A DNA stretch of 64,000 nt from an uncultured Candidatus Poseidoniales archaeon (GTDB taxonomy: Archaea; Thermoplasmatota; Poseidoniia; Poseidoniales; CAYMED01). The notes under the pieces are model-generated. The model was not told where the DNA came from and made no database searches. It saw only the letters and a program-made list of their open reading frames with translations. Every line of letters begins with the position of its first letter. Position 1 is the first letter of the stretch. A program made the translations under genes and the position numbers. The stretch is from NCBI GenBank assembly GCA_964389655.1, contig CAYMED010000009.1, positions 1 to 64,000 on the forward strand. Reading direction: 5' to 3'. Below, one piece after another: positions 1 through 8,789 of the stretch.

Positions 1-473
1 TTGTTAAGGTCAATTAGGCCCATTGAAGCCATCACATCAGGTGGTGCTAAGTCAGCGATCTCCGCGGTTGCCAGCCACGATTGAAATTCAGGACCTGATA
101 CGCGACCGTCGCTATTCGTGTCCATTGCGCTAAACACGGATTCCGGATCATCCGAGGCGCGAACCCATGCCTCAACAGCTGCAACGACGTCTTCAGGGGT
201 TGCTGCTTTTTCAGCCACTTTCTCGGGCTCATCGGCGGACTCATCGGCGGACTCATCGGCGGACTCATCGGCGGACTCATCGGGAGCAGGGGACTCGTCC
301 CCTTCCTCCAAATCACCATCAGCATCTGGTGTTGGCTCCTCAATCTCTGAAATAGGGGCCTCGGCCTCTTCAAGCCGCGCCACGAGGGTCGCCTTGTTTC
401 CCGCCGTGCTTAGACCTGCTTCCTTCAGCAATTCCTTAAGTTCTGCAACTTTCTTTGACCCATAATCTGCCAT
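1..473 (-). CDS. SAP-domain / EF-hand protein (runs off the window; not in ORF track)
   Basis: Manual translation from ATG at 473: MADYGSKKVAELKELLKEAGLSTAGNKATLVARLEE (SAP motif), acidic linker with DESA repeats, EF-hand loop DTNSDGRVSGPEF and start of a second (DLNN). GAGGTG RBS upstream; no stop before position 1. Confidence 0.8.
   Translation of the reverse strand, partial: MADYGSKKVAELKELLKEAGLSTAGNKATLVARLEEAEAPISEIEEPTPDADGDLEEGDESPAPDESADESADESADESADEPEKVAEKAATPEDVVAAVEAWVRASDDPESVFSAMDTNSDGRVSGPEFQSWLATAEIADLAPPDVMASMGLIDLN
228..283. repeat. 12-bp tandem repeat CTCATCGGCGGA x4.7, coding (DESA)n linker
   Basis: Units at 228, 240, 252, 264 and partial at 276, in frame within the SAP protein. 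Confidence 0.95.
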
Positions 474-631
474 TATCGAACACCTCTCATATATGGGGAC
501 TCAGATATCGTGAATGCACGTCGGCAACACCGCGGCGGCTGTTTTGAGACGATTCCGAATCATGCCCATCAGTGAGGATAAAATTAGAGGCAGTATATAT
601 GTTTCCAGCCACTTCAGGGTGAAAGAGGCGG

Positions 632-925
632 TTATAACCTATCGGATTTTTGCGGAGAGGGGAGATTGAGACGTTCTCGGACTAAGCGGATTTTTCCCGA
701 AATGGTCAAAGAACAAGGAGGGTTATTGCCCACAAGGGCACCTCTAGCTGAGCCCACATCCTCCAGCGAAACGCAAAGGATGCCCAAACTCCGTACGGAA
801 TCAAACTGCACAAGGCGAAAGGAAAGTTGGGAGAGGTTTTCCTCCAAAAGGGAGACTGCCTCCTCGAAATCATTCACCCTGCCGCCTAAATCCACGCCAA
901 TCCAGCGCCGTTTGGGGCGTACCAC
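632..925 (-). CDS. rnp2: RNase P protein component 2 (Rpp14/Pop5 family)
   Basis: N-terminal RPKRRWI and C-terminal TISGKIRLVR match the Pop5 RxRYI and SGTI motifs; 97 aa. Confidence 0.7.
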   Translation of the reverse strand: MVRPKRRWIGVDLGGRVNDFEEAVSLLEENLSQLSFRLVQFDSVRSLGILCVSLEDVGSARGALVGNNPPCSLTISGKIRLVRERLNLPSPQKSDRL

Positions 926-975
926 AAATGTTCGAGAAGGAAGAGGGAGATAAGTAAGGCCACTATGCGCGCCTG

Positions 976-2196
976 ATGGACGGGGGGGGTGAGACAGACG
1001 TACCCTCCAACACTGCAGAGGACTTAGAGACTAAAACCGCAGTCAACGACATGAGCCTAGGCGCCCTAATCCGGAACTTACTTGCCCCATCAACCCTCCC
1101 CCACGTCGCCTTCCTCGTCATAATTGGAATCGCGCTATATTTCATCGGCGGGGTTGGCTCAATTCCCCTGATGGCAGCAGGATATTTAGGGGGGGGCATT
1201 GCATATGCCTCACTAGCTATCGCATCAGATCACCCAACCATCCAATCCATGTTGCAAGTAAGCAATGTAGATAAAGGGACCATGATCATCTCAATACTTC
1301 GAACACTCATACTCCCAACACTACTAATTACCGTGATCACGATAACACTCCACCTGTGTTTTAGAACAAATGGCATATTACTCCCTGAGGGCACCCCCGC
1401 TTTGCTACCACTCGCCCTCCTCCTCCTTTTCGGGGGCTGGGCGATCGGACAAGCCATTACATTTCGCGTCCCTGCCGAGAAAGTTGCTCTTCGGGTCTCA
1501 TCGGATAATGACACAGTAGGTGGAAATACCAAAACCATGTACTGGACCATCGGGGCAATTGTTCAAATCGCAGGAATACTAATACTCATTTTCTTTTTCT
1601 CAATTAAGCCACGCCTCATTCCAGGAGAAAATGGAAGTGGCGTATTCGAATCAATAATCCATGGAGCAAGAGACGGATTTATTGGAAATGGTGCTGTATA
1701 CCTTACGTTATGCGCATTGCTAGTTTTTCTTGCATGGTTGCTGACAAAAAGAGACATAGACGACGCATACACCCATCCCGGGGGGAAAAGGTGGGTAACC
1801 GGATGGAGTGTCACAATTCTTGTATTTGCAACTTGGCACATGTCCTCATTCCATCGAAAAACGTTGCTTGGAGCAACGGGCCCATTTGAAATCGGTGAGG
1901 AAATTTCCCTGATGCTATTCACGATCTTAATGGCAACGTGGGCCCTGACAGGCAAGGCTCGAAAATCGGGAACCCAAAGAGTCCATGAAGGAAATGCAAT
2001 CCACTGGGCAATCGCGTTCTCATTTGCCTATGCAGGATCTGTTGCTACGCTCACGCATATTGGAAGTGAATATGGCATACTGCAGAACCCCCAGCAAGCA
2101 CTGGGAATAGGCCACCTAATCACAGCCTTCTCGCTGCTGCTATTACATCGCCAAGGTATCCGAGATAAAATTATGAGTGATACCCCTTTGAATTGA
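976..2196 (+). CDS. Hypothetical polytopic membrane protein
   Basis: 406 aa, about 10 hydrophobic segments, no recognised family. Confidence 0.75.
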   Translation: MDGGGETDVPSNTAEDLETKTAVNDMSLGALIRNLLAPSTLPHVAFLVIIGIALYFIGGVGSIPLMAAGYLGGGIAYASLAIASDHPTIQSMLQVSNVDKGTMIISILRTLILPTLLITVITITLHLCFRTNGILLPEGTPALLPLALLLLFGGWAIGQAITFRVPAEKVALRVSSDNDTVGGNTKTMYWTIGAIVQIAGILILIFFFSIKPRLIPGENGSGVFESIIHGARDGFIGNGAVYLTLCALLVFLAWLLTKRDIDDAYTHPGGKRWVTGWSVTILVFATWHMSSFHRKTLLGATGPFEIGEEISLMLFTILMATWALTGKARKSGTQRVHEGNAIHWAIAFSFAYAGSVATLTHIGSEYGILQNPQQALGIGHLITAFSLLLLHRQGIRDKIMSDTPLN

Positions 2197-2287
2197 TATC
2201 CTAGATCTATCATGCATTACTTCAACTGAAGATGATGTCATGAGTGGCTACAAGATTTCCCTATGCAAATTGAGTGTTGAGATAAAC

Positions 2288-2539
2288 TCAATTATCCACC
2301 GCTTGAGATCTCTTCTTTCGGTTGCGGTTCCACTTTCTAATTTTGGGAAGTTGCCATTTGATGATGCCAGTCCAGAAGGTGACCGCTAAGACAACTGTTC
2401 CCATCGTCATGGTGACCCATGGTTTATCATCCCAGAAATTGATGTCTCTGTTGAACGTGATTGCTCCAAAATATATCGTGAAGCAAGTACCAAAAATCAA
2501 ATGGACCCAGCGAAGAATGGTATTCCAATTCCTTGCCAT
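2288..2539 (-). CDS. Small 2-TM membrane protein (PepSY-TM-like motifs)
   Basis: LRWVHLIFG ... TGIIKW, basic C-tail; GAGG RBS; starts 2 nt after the stop of the upstream mini-ORF. Confidence 0.7.
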   Translation of the reverse strand: MARNWNTILRWVHLIFGTCFTIYFGAITFNRDINFWDDKPWVTMTMGTVVLAVTFWTGIIKWQLPKIRKWNRNRKKRSQAVDN

Positions 2540-2541
2540 GC

Positions 2542-2661
2542 CTATTCCTCGTTATTTTCTGCTTTATATTTTGTCAATTTTTCCTCAAATTCATCATTGG
2601 ATAAGCCATGCCATCCTTTGCACATTCCAGTTGACGATCTACCGCATCCACATTTATTCAT
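2542..2661 (-). CDS. 39-aa CDGSH-like [2Fe-2S] mini-protein (not in ORF track)
   Basis: Manual translation MNKCGCGRSSTGMCKGWHGLSNDEFEEKLTKYKAENNEE; C-x-C-x2-S-x4-C-x-G-x-H; AGGAGA RBS 10 nt upstream. Confidence 0.7.
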   Translation of the reverse strand: MNKCGCGRSSTGMCKGWHGLSNDEFEEKLTKYKAENNEE

Positions 2662-2868
2662 GAGATTCATTTCTCCTGATCCATCGCATCATGACCCAAT
2701 ATTAATGGCAGTCAGTTTCTATTCTGACACCGCAGTATCATGGTCGATACTCAGGAGTTGATATATTGTGGCTATTTGGCATCATCATGCAATCACTTGA
2801 GATGGACAACCCACATGCCTTAAATCTGCAGGAAAGTGCATTGTAGATCTGCCCGGGATGTCCTTTGG

Positions 2869-3627
2869 ATGAGCGAATTGAAGGAAATCCAAATCCCTGC
2901 TTGGAAAGTGACAGGGTCATCGGCCAAAGAATTCCTCCAAGGTCAGATTACCAATGATGTATATAGTGCTCAAAATGAGTTCATGCTCGGAACGATATGT
3001 GATGCCAACGGCATCCTCCTCGAATGGTTCTGGTGGCACTGTACCGAAGAGGGTGGTTGGTTCATCGCACCACCTGGTCGACAGAACTCCTTTGAGGAGA
3101 ACATACTGAAACGAAGGAGATGGCGAGACGACATCCATTTGAAACCCTCAGCAGTTCAACTCAGCACCACGCCGGAGGAAGGGATTCATGTTGAAGGATG
3201 GCGAAAGTCCACAAGAGCAGTCCCCCAAGAAGGTAGGATTAACAAGACTCTTGAATCATGGAACGACTGGGAATCCTCACGGATCCAGTCTGGTCTTCCC
3301 TGTCATGAACAGGACATTGAGGTCAATTCCAGACCATACGAGATTGGATTGGAGCATGCTGTTCATCAGGCCAAGGGGTGCTATGTGGGCCAGGAAGTGC
3401 TCGCTCGACTAGATTCACTCAGCACCCCGAAGCGTCAACTCATACGATTTGAGGCCGCCACTGGTCTCACCAGTGGAGATGAACTGATCGAACAAGAGCT
3501 TGGCATTTCTGGAATCGTGACCAGTTTATGTGACTCTGGGCACGGATTAGCACGATTCGGCCGAGGACAGTTGCAGAGAGGCACACAACTTACATCACCT
3601 GATGGTGGAAGCGCGCGCTGTTCATGA
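2869..3627 (+). CDS. ygfZ: YgfZ/GcvT-family folate-binding Fe-S repair protein
   Basis: Signature KGCYVGQE and FLQGQITND; likely start ATG 2869 (ORF track 2836). Confidence 0.88.
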   Translation: MSELKEIQIPAWKVTGSSAKEFLQGQITNDVYSAQNEFMLGTICDANGILLEWFWWHCTEEGGWFIAPPGRQNSFEENILKRRRWRDDIHLKPSAVQLSTTPEEGIHVEGWRKSTRAVPQEGRINKTLESWNDWESSRIQSGLPCHEQDIEVNSRPYEIGLEHAVHQAKGCYVGQEVLARLDSLSTPKRQLIRFEAATGLTSGDELIEQELGISGIVTSLCDSGHGLARFGRGQLQRGTQLTSPDGGSARCS

Positions 3628-3713
3628 GAGGACACATTGTCAAAAAAAGGTGAGTCGCTTGGACCCGTGCTGAGACATCTCCTTGAATGGGTTCATCAGA
3701 ATACATCTTGATG

Positions 3714-4544
3714 TCAATTTACAAGTGTACCATTTTGGTAATCGAAAAATGCCTGTTGGATTTCTTCCCTAGTATTCATCACGAATGGACCATGGCGTGC
3801 GATTGGCTCGTTTAATTCGGGCCCTGCTAAAATCAGAAATTCAGAGGATAAATTGGATTGGATAACAATTCTGTCACCTTCCGACAAGAGTGCCAATTCA
3901 CCATCTCTGACGACTTTGTTTTGGACAATGATTTCCCCTCCAAAGACGTAAATCATCGCATTCAAGGACTCAGCAATTTCCTTTTCCAAAGTGGATCCGC
4001 CATCCATTTTCGCGTGAATGTACTCGATTGGAACCATTGTATCAATGGACGATTGCAATCCCAAGCATTCACCTGCAACCACACGAACCCAAACCCCATC
4101 TATCTCTGTGGTCGGAGATTTCTCCGCTGGGATTTCTTGGTAACGAGGTTGCATCATTTTGTGCTTTGCAGGAAGATTGACCCAGATCTGGAAACCATGC
4201 ATCAAGCCGCCATTTTTTTGAAAATCAACGTGAGGCTCTTCTGAATGTATGATGCCTCTACCCGCTGTCATCCATTGTACATCACCTGGACTCAAATCAC
4301 CTTTGTTACCCGCACTATCCTCGTGCTGCATCTGCCCTGCTAGCATATATGTTACAGTTTCAAAACCACGATGGGGGTGCCACGGTGCTCCAATTGCTTC
4401 ACCAGGCCCATAATCTGCAGGACCCATCTCATCAAGAAGTAAAAAAGGGCTCATGAGTCTCCCCATCGCAACGGGTCGACGAACTTTGAAGCCACCCCCT
4501 TCAAGAACGGTATGAGTGGGGATGATGTGATTTACACTGCGCAC
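3714..4544 (-). CDS. Pirin family protein
   Basis: PFLLLDE, HPHRGFETVTY, VQWMTAGRGIIHSE, GPFVMNT; probable GTG start at 4544 (ORF extends to 4631). Confidence 0.95.
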   Translation of the reverse strand: MRSVNHIIPTHTVLEGGGFKVRRPVAMGRLMSPFLLLDEMGPADYGPGEAIGAPWHPHRGFETVTYMLAGQMQHEDSAGNKGDLSPGDVQWMTAGRGIIHSEEPHVDFQKNGGLMHGFQIWVNLPAKHKMMQPRYQEIPAEKSPTTEIDGVWVRVVAGECLGLQSSIDTMVPIEYIHAKMDGGSTLEKEIAESLNAMIYVFGGEIIVQNKVVRDGELALLSEGDRIVIQSNLSSEFLILAGPELNEPIARHGPFVMNTREEIQQAFFDYQNGTLVN

Positions 4545-4703
4545 AACAAGGCCCCCAACAAATATTCGAATCAGCGCTTGTATTTGGGTTAGGTAGTATC
4601 GGGCCAAGGAGCAATCCCCCAGCATAGGCATTTGAGGCCTGAGTCATTCGGGCACATTCCTCGTTGCAATATTCAGTGCGGAAAATATGCAATACCCAAG
4701 TAG

Positions 4704-5762
4704 TTGATACAACAGGCCCCATTAATGGGATGGAAACGGCGTCTGCGAGCTGTGATGAGATTCCCTCTGGACCTCACAAATGTGTTGAAGGGTCTGGTCA
4801 GAAATTTCCGCCCGTCCGACTGCGAGGCCCTTCACCCCGTGAGCATCAAGTCAGGAAAGGTGTTGAGGCCAGGTGACCGTTTTTCCGTACTTACGTGGAA
4901 CGTTCAATACGCTGGATCTCGCGAAAATTTGTTTTTCTATGAAGGAGGGAATGCAGTGCATGTACCTGAGGGGCGTGTTCGAAAAACGATGAAATCAATT
5001 GCCGGCGTGATTGGCCAAATGTCACCAGATCTTGTTTTCCTTCAGGAAGTTGATAGGGACAGCGACCGAACTGCTCGCATCGATCAACTCCAAGCTTACT
5101 TAGATGCAGGTGAATGGGCCTGCTGGAGCAGTACCCCATACCATAAATCGGCCTACGTCCCCCACCCCTCTTGGAAGCATTTGGGGCGTGTGAATTTCCA
5201 CCTATCCATCCTCTCTTCCTTTGCCCTAGAAAAAGGTGGGAGAATCGCCCTACCGGGGCTCTCAGAGAGTTGGATTCGCAGGCAATTCAATCTCAAACGT
5301 GCCATTCAGTGGCTTACCTTACCGGTCGAAGGGGGAGATCCCATTCGAATAGCAAATACGCACCTCTCCGCCTTTTCGTTTAATGATGGGACTCTGAGAA
5401 ATCAAGTGAGAATTCTTCGAGATTGGATGCAATTGCCCCACCCGTGGTTGTTAGCAGGTGACATGAATATGTTACCTCCTGGAGACGACATAAACCGCTT
5501 TCAAAATATAAGTCCGAATTATACCGAGGATCCAAATCCCATGCTAGAACTAGAACCTGAGCGCTTTGATGTTGCTAGAAAGAACCTTCTTGGACCCGAA
5601 AACCGGACATACCTACCTTTTGGAGCAGATGAGCCAGATCGAAAAATCGACTACCTATTGGCGTCGGAGGACTTAGAATTAATCGAGCAGCGCGTACTTC
5701 GAGAAGCGAATGAAATGTCAGACCACCTCCCTATATGGGCTGTTTTTGAGGTGAAAAAGTAA
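4704..5762 (+). CDS. Endonuclease/exonuclease/phosphatase (EEP) family protein
   Basis: TWNV, LQEVD, NTHL, AGDMN, IDY and SDHLP motifs; true start may be 4725 or 4755. Confidence 0.92.
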   Translation: MIQQAPLMGWKRRLRAVMRFPLDLTNVLKGLVRNFRPSDCEALHPVSIKSGKVLRPGDRFSVLTWNVQYAGSRENLFFYEGGNAVHVPEGRVRKTMKSIAGVIGQMSPDLVFLQEVDRDSDRTARIDQLQAYLDAGEWACWSSTPYHKSAYVPHPSWKHLGRVNFHLSILSSFALEKGGRIALPGLSESWIRRQFNLKRAIQWLTLPVEGGDPIRIANTHLSAFSFNDGTLRNQVRILRDWMQLPHPWLLAGDMNMLPPGDDINRFQNISPNYTEDPNPMLELEPERFDVARKNLLGPENRTYLPFGADEPDRKIDYLLASEDLELIEQRVLREANEMSDHLPIWAVFEVKK

Positions 5763-5802
5763 CCAGAACCGAATTTATCAGCAAATTACAACTGGCTTGA
5801 AA

Positions 5803-6033
5803 ATGGCGCTCACAACACTTGGACTCGTCCGTATAGCCGTCGGATCGGTAATATTGACTTACGTCGGACAATGTATACTAAATCAGAAGGTGTGGTTCCG
5901 GGGGCCCATTGGTTTATTCAGTAAAAGGTATGCATGGGGGGACTAGAAAGAATAATCAAGCCTTTTCAAGTTACACGTAATAGCAGGTGCTGCATTTGGG
6001 ATTTGGTTACTTTTAGGACCATTCATCTTCTGA
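5803..6033 (+). pseudogene. Probable pseudogene of a small 2-TM membrane protein
   Basis: MALTTLGLVRIAVGSVILTYVGQCILNQKVWFRGPIGLFSKRYAWGD*KE*SSLFKLHVIAGAAFGIWLLLGPFIF*; TAG at 5944 and TAA at 5953, second hydrophobic helix continues in frame. Confidence 0.5.
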
Positions 6034-6137
6034 CATCTGCCACCATGTGCATTTAGGTTGGATGCGTTGAAGATGATTTACCGAGGAGTCAAGTTATGCA
6101 CGCTGAAATGATCCCCCACTTAATGAATCAGTGAACA

Positions 6138-7064
6138 TTATTCCAACGAATTTGGTCCCGGCCCTGCAATCGCCGCAATGACCCGCACTTTTCCAACCAA
6201 TTCAGGATCAAGGCGGGCTCCGAGAATCACCTGTGCATCATCGGACATACCCTCTGTAAAGCGTTGAGCAACCGCTTCAAGATCTGAAACAGAAAACGAC
6301 GGGCCCGCTTCAATTTGCAGCAAGATGCGGTCACAATGAGACGGATCAATCAGATCCAAAGGACCATCGCAAGCTTGCTTCCAAAGCGCATCAGGATCAG
6401 CCACAGAAGCTTCACCAACGAGAATTGTCCCCGTACCCCCTTCCCCAAGTGTGGAACGGAGATCGGCCAAATCCAGATTAATCAGGCCTACTTGAGCGAG
6501 TGTGCGTACCATGCCACCTGCAAGTTCAGGCACCCAACCCCCACCATCTTCCCAATCAAGACCCCTCTCCCTTGCAGCACGTGCTAAGTGGTCAAGACGC
6601 ACGCGCAAGGAGAGATGCTGCACTCCCAAAAGTGAGGAAAGCGATTCTTGAGCGATACTTCTTCTTGCCACTTGTTGCTCAAATGGAAGGCCAAGGCACC
6701 CAACCACTAGGCAACCCGACGCACGCGCACGTCTTGCTAGCCAAGGGGCAACTCCACTGCCCGTACCACCACCAAGCCCAACGAAAAGCAGCATGAATTC
6801 GACATCTTCAAGCACCCTGTCAAGGATCGGAGTCAGTCGGCGCGCACGCTCTTCAGCAACAGGGGGCAAGGCAGCGCACCCTTCTGGACCAGGGCGACCC
6901 CCTAGCGGGATCCATTGACTTGGAGGTTCAGGCTCTGAACTGGGGTCAGCGTCTATGATGAGGAGATCCGCATATGACGAAGTCATCGCAGAGGCAGCAC
7001 GCGCCCAGCGCGCTCCCACTCCGCCAACACCTGCAATCAGAATTGCCCCCGGATCCACAGACAT
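6138..7064 (-). CDS. ftsZ: Divergent FtsZ/tubulin-family GTPase
   Basis: GVGGVG, tubulin signature GLGGGTGSG, T7 loop GLINLDLADLR, C-domain VILGARLDP; likely start 7064 (ORF 7091). Confidence 0.8.
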   Translation of the reverse strand: MSVDPGAILIAGVGGVGARWARAASAMTSSYADLLIIDADPSSEPEPPSQWIPLGGRPGPEGCAALPPVAEERARRLTPILDRVLEDVEFMLLFVGLGGGTGSGVAPWLARRARASGCLVVGCLGLPFEQQVARRSIAQESLSSLLGVQHLSLRVRLDHLARAARERGLDWEDGGGWVPELAGGMVRTLAQVGLINLDLADLRSTLGEGGTGTILVGEASVADPDALWKQACDGPLDLIDPSHCDRILLQIEAGPSFSVSDLEAVAQRFTEGMSDDAQVILGARLDPELVGKVRVIAAIAGPGPNSLE

Positions 7065-7072
7065 CCATCCTA

Positions 7073-7381
7073 TTACCCACGCGACACCCAACGCATGTAT
7101 CGTCGGCGCTCATCACGGGCCCAAGCATTGTCTGGCTCGAGTTTCAGCACACGTTCATAGTATGATATCGCAGACTCATAATCACTCAGATAGCGCCCAT
7201 TAAGATGCCCGAGAGTGGCTAAGGCTGGAATGCAATTTGCATCCTCTTCAACCATCGACTCCAGTAATTTCTCAGCTGCATTTAGACGCCCCATCTCCAT
7301 CGCATCTTCAGCCTCACCAAGGGTGATTAACTGAGCAGCGGTGAGATCGTAAGTGTTCTCAAACGGGAGGTCCACCATCAC
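7073..7381 (-). CDS. Tetratricopeptide repeat protein
   Basis: ALATLGHL...AISYYERVLKLEPDNAWA TPR consensus. Confidence 0.85.
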   Translation of the reverse strand: MMVDLPFENTYDLTAAQLITLGEAEDAMEMGRLNAAEKLLESMVEEDANCIPALATLGHLNGRYLSDYESAISYYERVLKLEPDNAWARDERRRYMRWVSRG

Positions 7382-7518
7382 TATGCCGAGGACAAGCCCG
7401 CCTTATCAGGTCGCGCCTAAATGGACTACCAAAAAGGACAATGCATAGAGGTAAAAGAGCAGCAAACGTTTATCGAACCCACTTAAGTCGCGTTACACAT
7501 CATTCAGTGGCCTTCAGT

Positions 7519-8325
7519 ATGACCCTTTCGAAGATGGCTCAACGGAGCGGCATTGTGGCATTGATAATGTTGCTACTCCCAGTCGGCTCAAGTCTACCTA
7601 GCGGAATTGGAGGGATCCAAAATGGGCAGGATGTTGCATTGCAAGGCTGCAGTTGTCATGGGGATGAACCCACAAGGTCAGTTTCAGTACTTCTAGACGG
7701 GGTACCATTTGCTTGGGAAGAAGGGCAAACATACCCCCTCACATTGCAGGTCAGAGGGGGGCCATCCGTTGGTTCAGGAGGCCAAGATTACTCTGCTGGA
7801 TTCTCGATGATGGTGGAGGCCGGATCACTGGCACCTGTTGATGGGAACACCCAGAACTACCAAGACAACAATACACGCCTCACCCACACCAGCACGGGAG
7901 CAGGGATTGACAATTCAGAAAGGATATGGAACCTTGAGTGGACCGCACCCTCTTCAGGGGAAGGACACATCATGTTCTATGTTGCAGGAAATAGTGTAAA
8001 TGGGGGTGAAGGGAACCAAGGCGACATGTGGAACCGTTTGGCATTCCCTGTTCCTGAAGCAGGAGGGGGTTCCCTTATAGCGACAACAATGATCCTTGAT
8101 GGGGATGGCAACACCGAACCCCTTTCTGAAGAGGAAGTTGTCGACCTCCACCACATGGGTGCAAAATTCCGAGCGCATTGGCTTGGATTACTTGGGTTTG
8201 CTTCAGTAATTGCCACCATCATTTTCTGTGGATTCATGCTAAGATACGGACTTTCAGGCCACCACAAGGGAAGAAGTAATTTGCTTCAACTAAGGATTCG
8301 CCTTGAGCGAAGGGGTGATCAGTGA
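7519..8325 (+). CDS. Exported Reeler/choice-of-anchor-V-like protein with CxCH motif and C-terminal TM anchor
   Basis: Signal-like N-terminus, GCSCHG, WNLEWTAP..FYVAGNSVNG, C-terminal TM; first gene of the Rieske/cytb operon; start uncertain (7441-7534). Confidence 0.7.
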   Translation: MTLSKMAQRSGIVALIMLLLPVGSSLPSGIGGIQNGQDVALQGCSCHGDEPTRSVSVLLDGVPFAWEEGQTYPLTLQVRGGPSVGSGGQDYSAGFSMMVEAGSLAPVDGNTQNYQDNNTRLTHTSTGAGIDNSERIWNLEWTAPSSGEGHIMFYVAGNSVNGGEGNQGDMWNRLAFPVPEAGGGSLIATTMILDGDGNTEPLSEEEVVDLHHMGAKFRAHWLGLLGFASVIATIIFCGFMLRYGLSGHHKGRSNLLQLRIRLERRGDQ

Positions 8326-8781
8326 ATGCCATCGTCAGTCAGCCCGATTGAGGAATTATTACGCGGTGTATCATCGGGTGAGGTAAGTATTGAGGATGCA
8401 AAAACGGCCTTGGCAGATTTTGACCTCACTCCCGAGTTACTTGAGAAAGCCATAGAACATGGGGTATTCAATGAAGTCGAAGCGGGTTCAATTGTTCGTG
8501 CATCCATCCGATCAAGTGGTGCCACATTTTTGGTCACAATATCATTTGCGTGGGGACTTCTATGGACCATATTTTGGAGTTTCACGACAGCCTATGGCTT
8601 AATCAAGGGATGGGACCAGCAGAACTTGTCCTATCAACTAGCCATGGCAATACTAACAATCATCATCATGGGGATTGTCTACATGCGATTCATCATGCCA
8701 GACCTAATCATCGTTAAGCACAGGCGAAATAAACCACTTAGGCCGAAAGATCCAACGACATGGAAGGAATATCGAATCTGA
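8326..8781 (+). CDS. Hypothetical 2-TM membrane protein in Rieske/cytb operon
   Basis: ATG directly follows the upstream TGA; two hydrophobic helices. Confidence 0.75.
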   Translation: MPSSVSPIEELLRGVSSGEVSIEDAKTALADFDLTPELLEKAIEHGVFNEVEAGSIVRASIRSSGATFLVTISFAWGLLWTIFWSFTTAYGLIKGWDQQNLSYQLAMAILTIIIMGIVYMRFIMPDLIIVKHRRNKPLRPKDPTTWKEYRI

Positions 8782-8789
8782 GGGATCAT

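Noticed and set aside
228-283. Tandem repeat as possible CRISPR array
   Set aside because: 12-bp units with no spacers, in frame within a CDS; no cas genes in the window.
47-465. ORF-track entries 47-373, 118-465 and 167-355 with repetitive peptides
   Set aside because: Alternative-frame shadows of the 12-bp repeat; the frame with SAP and EF-hand motifs and an RBS starts at 473 on the minus strand.
5944-5955. Pyrrolysine or other stop-codon recoding
   Set aside because: TAG is followed three codons later by TAA, and other genes in the window end normally at TAG.
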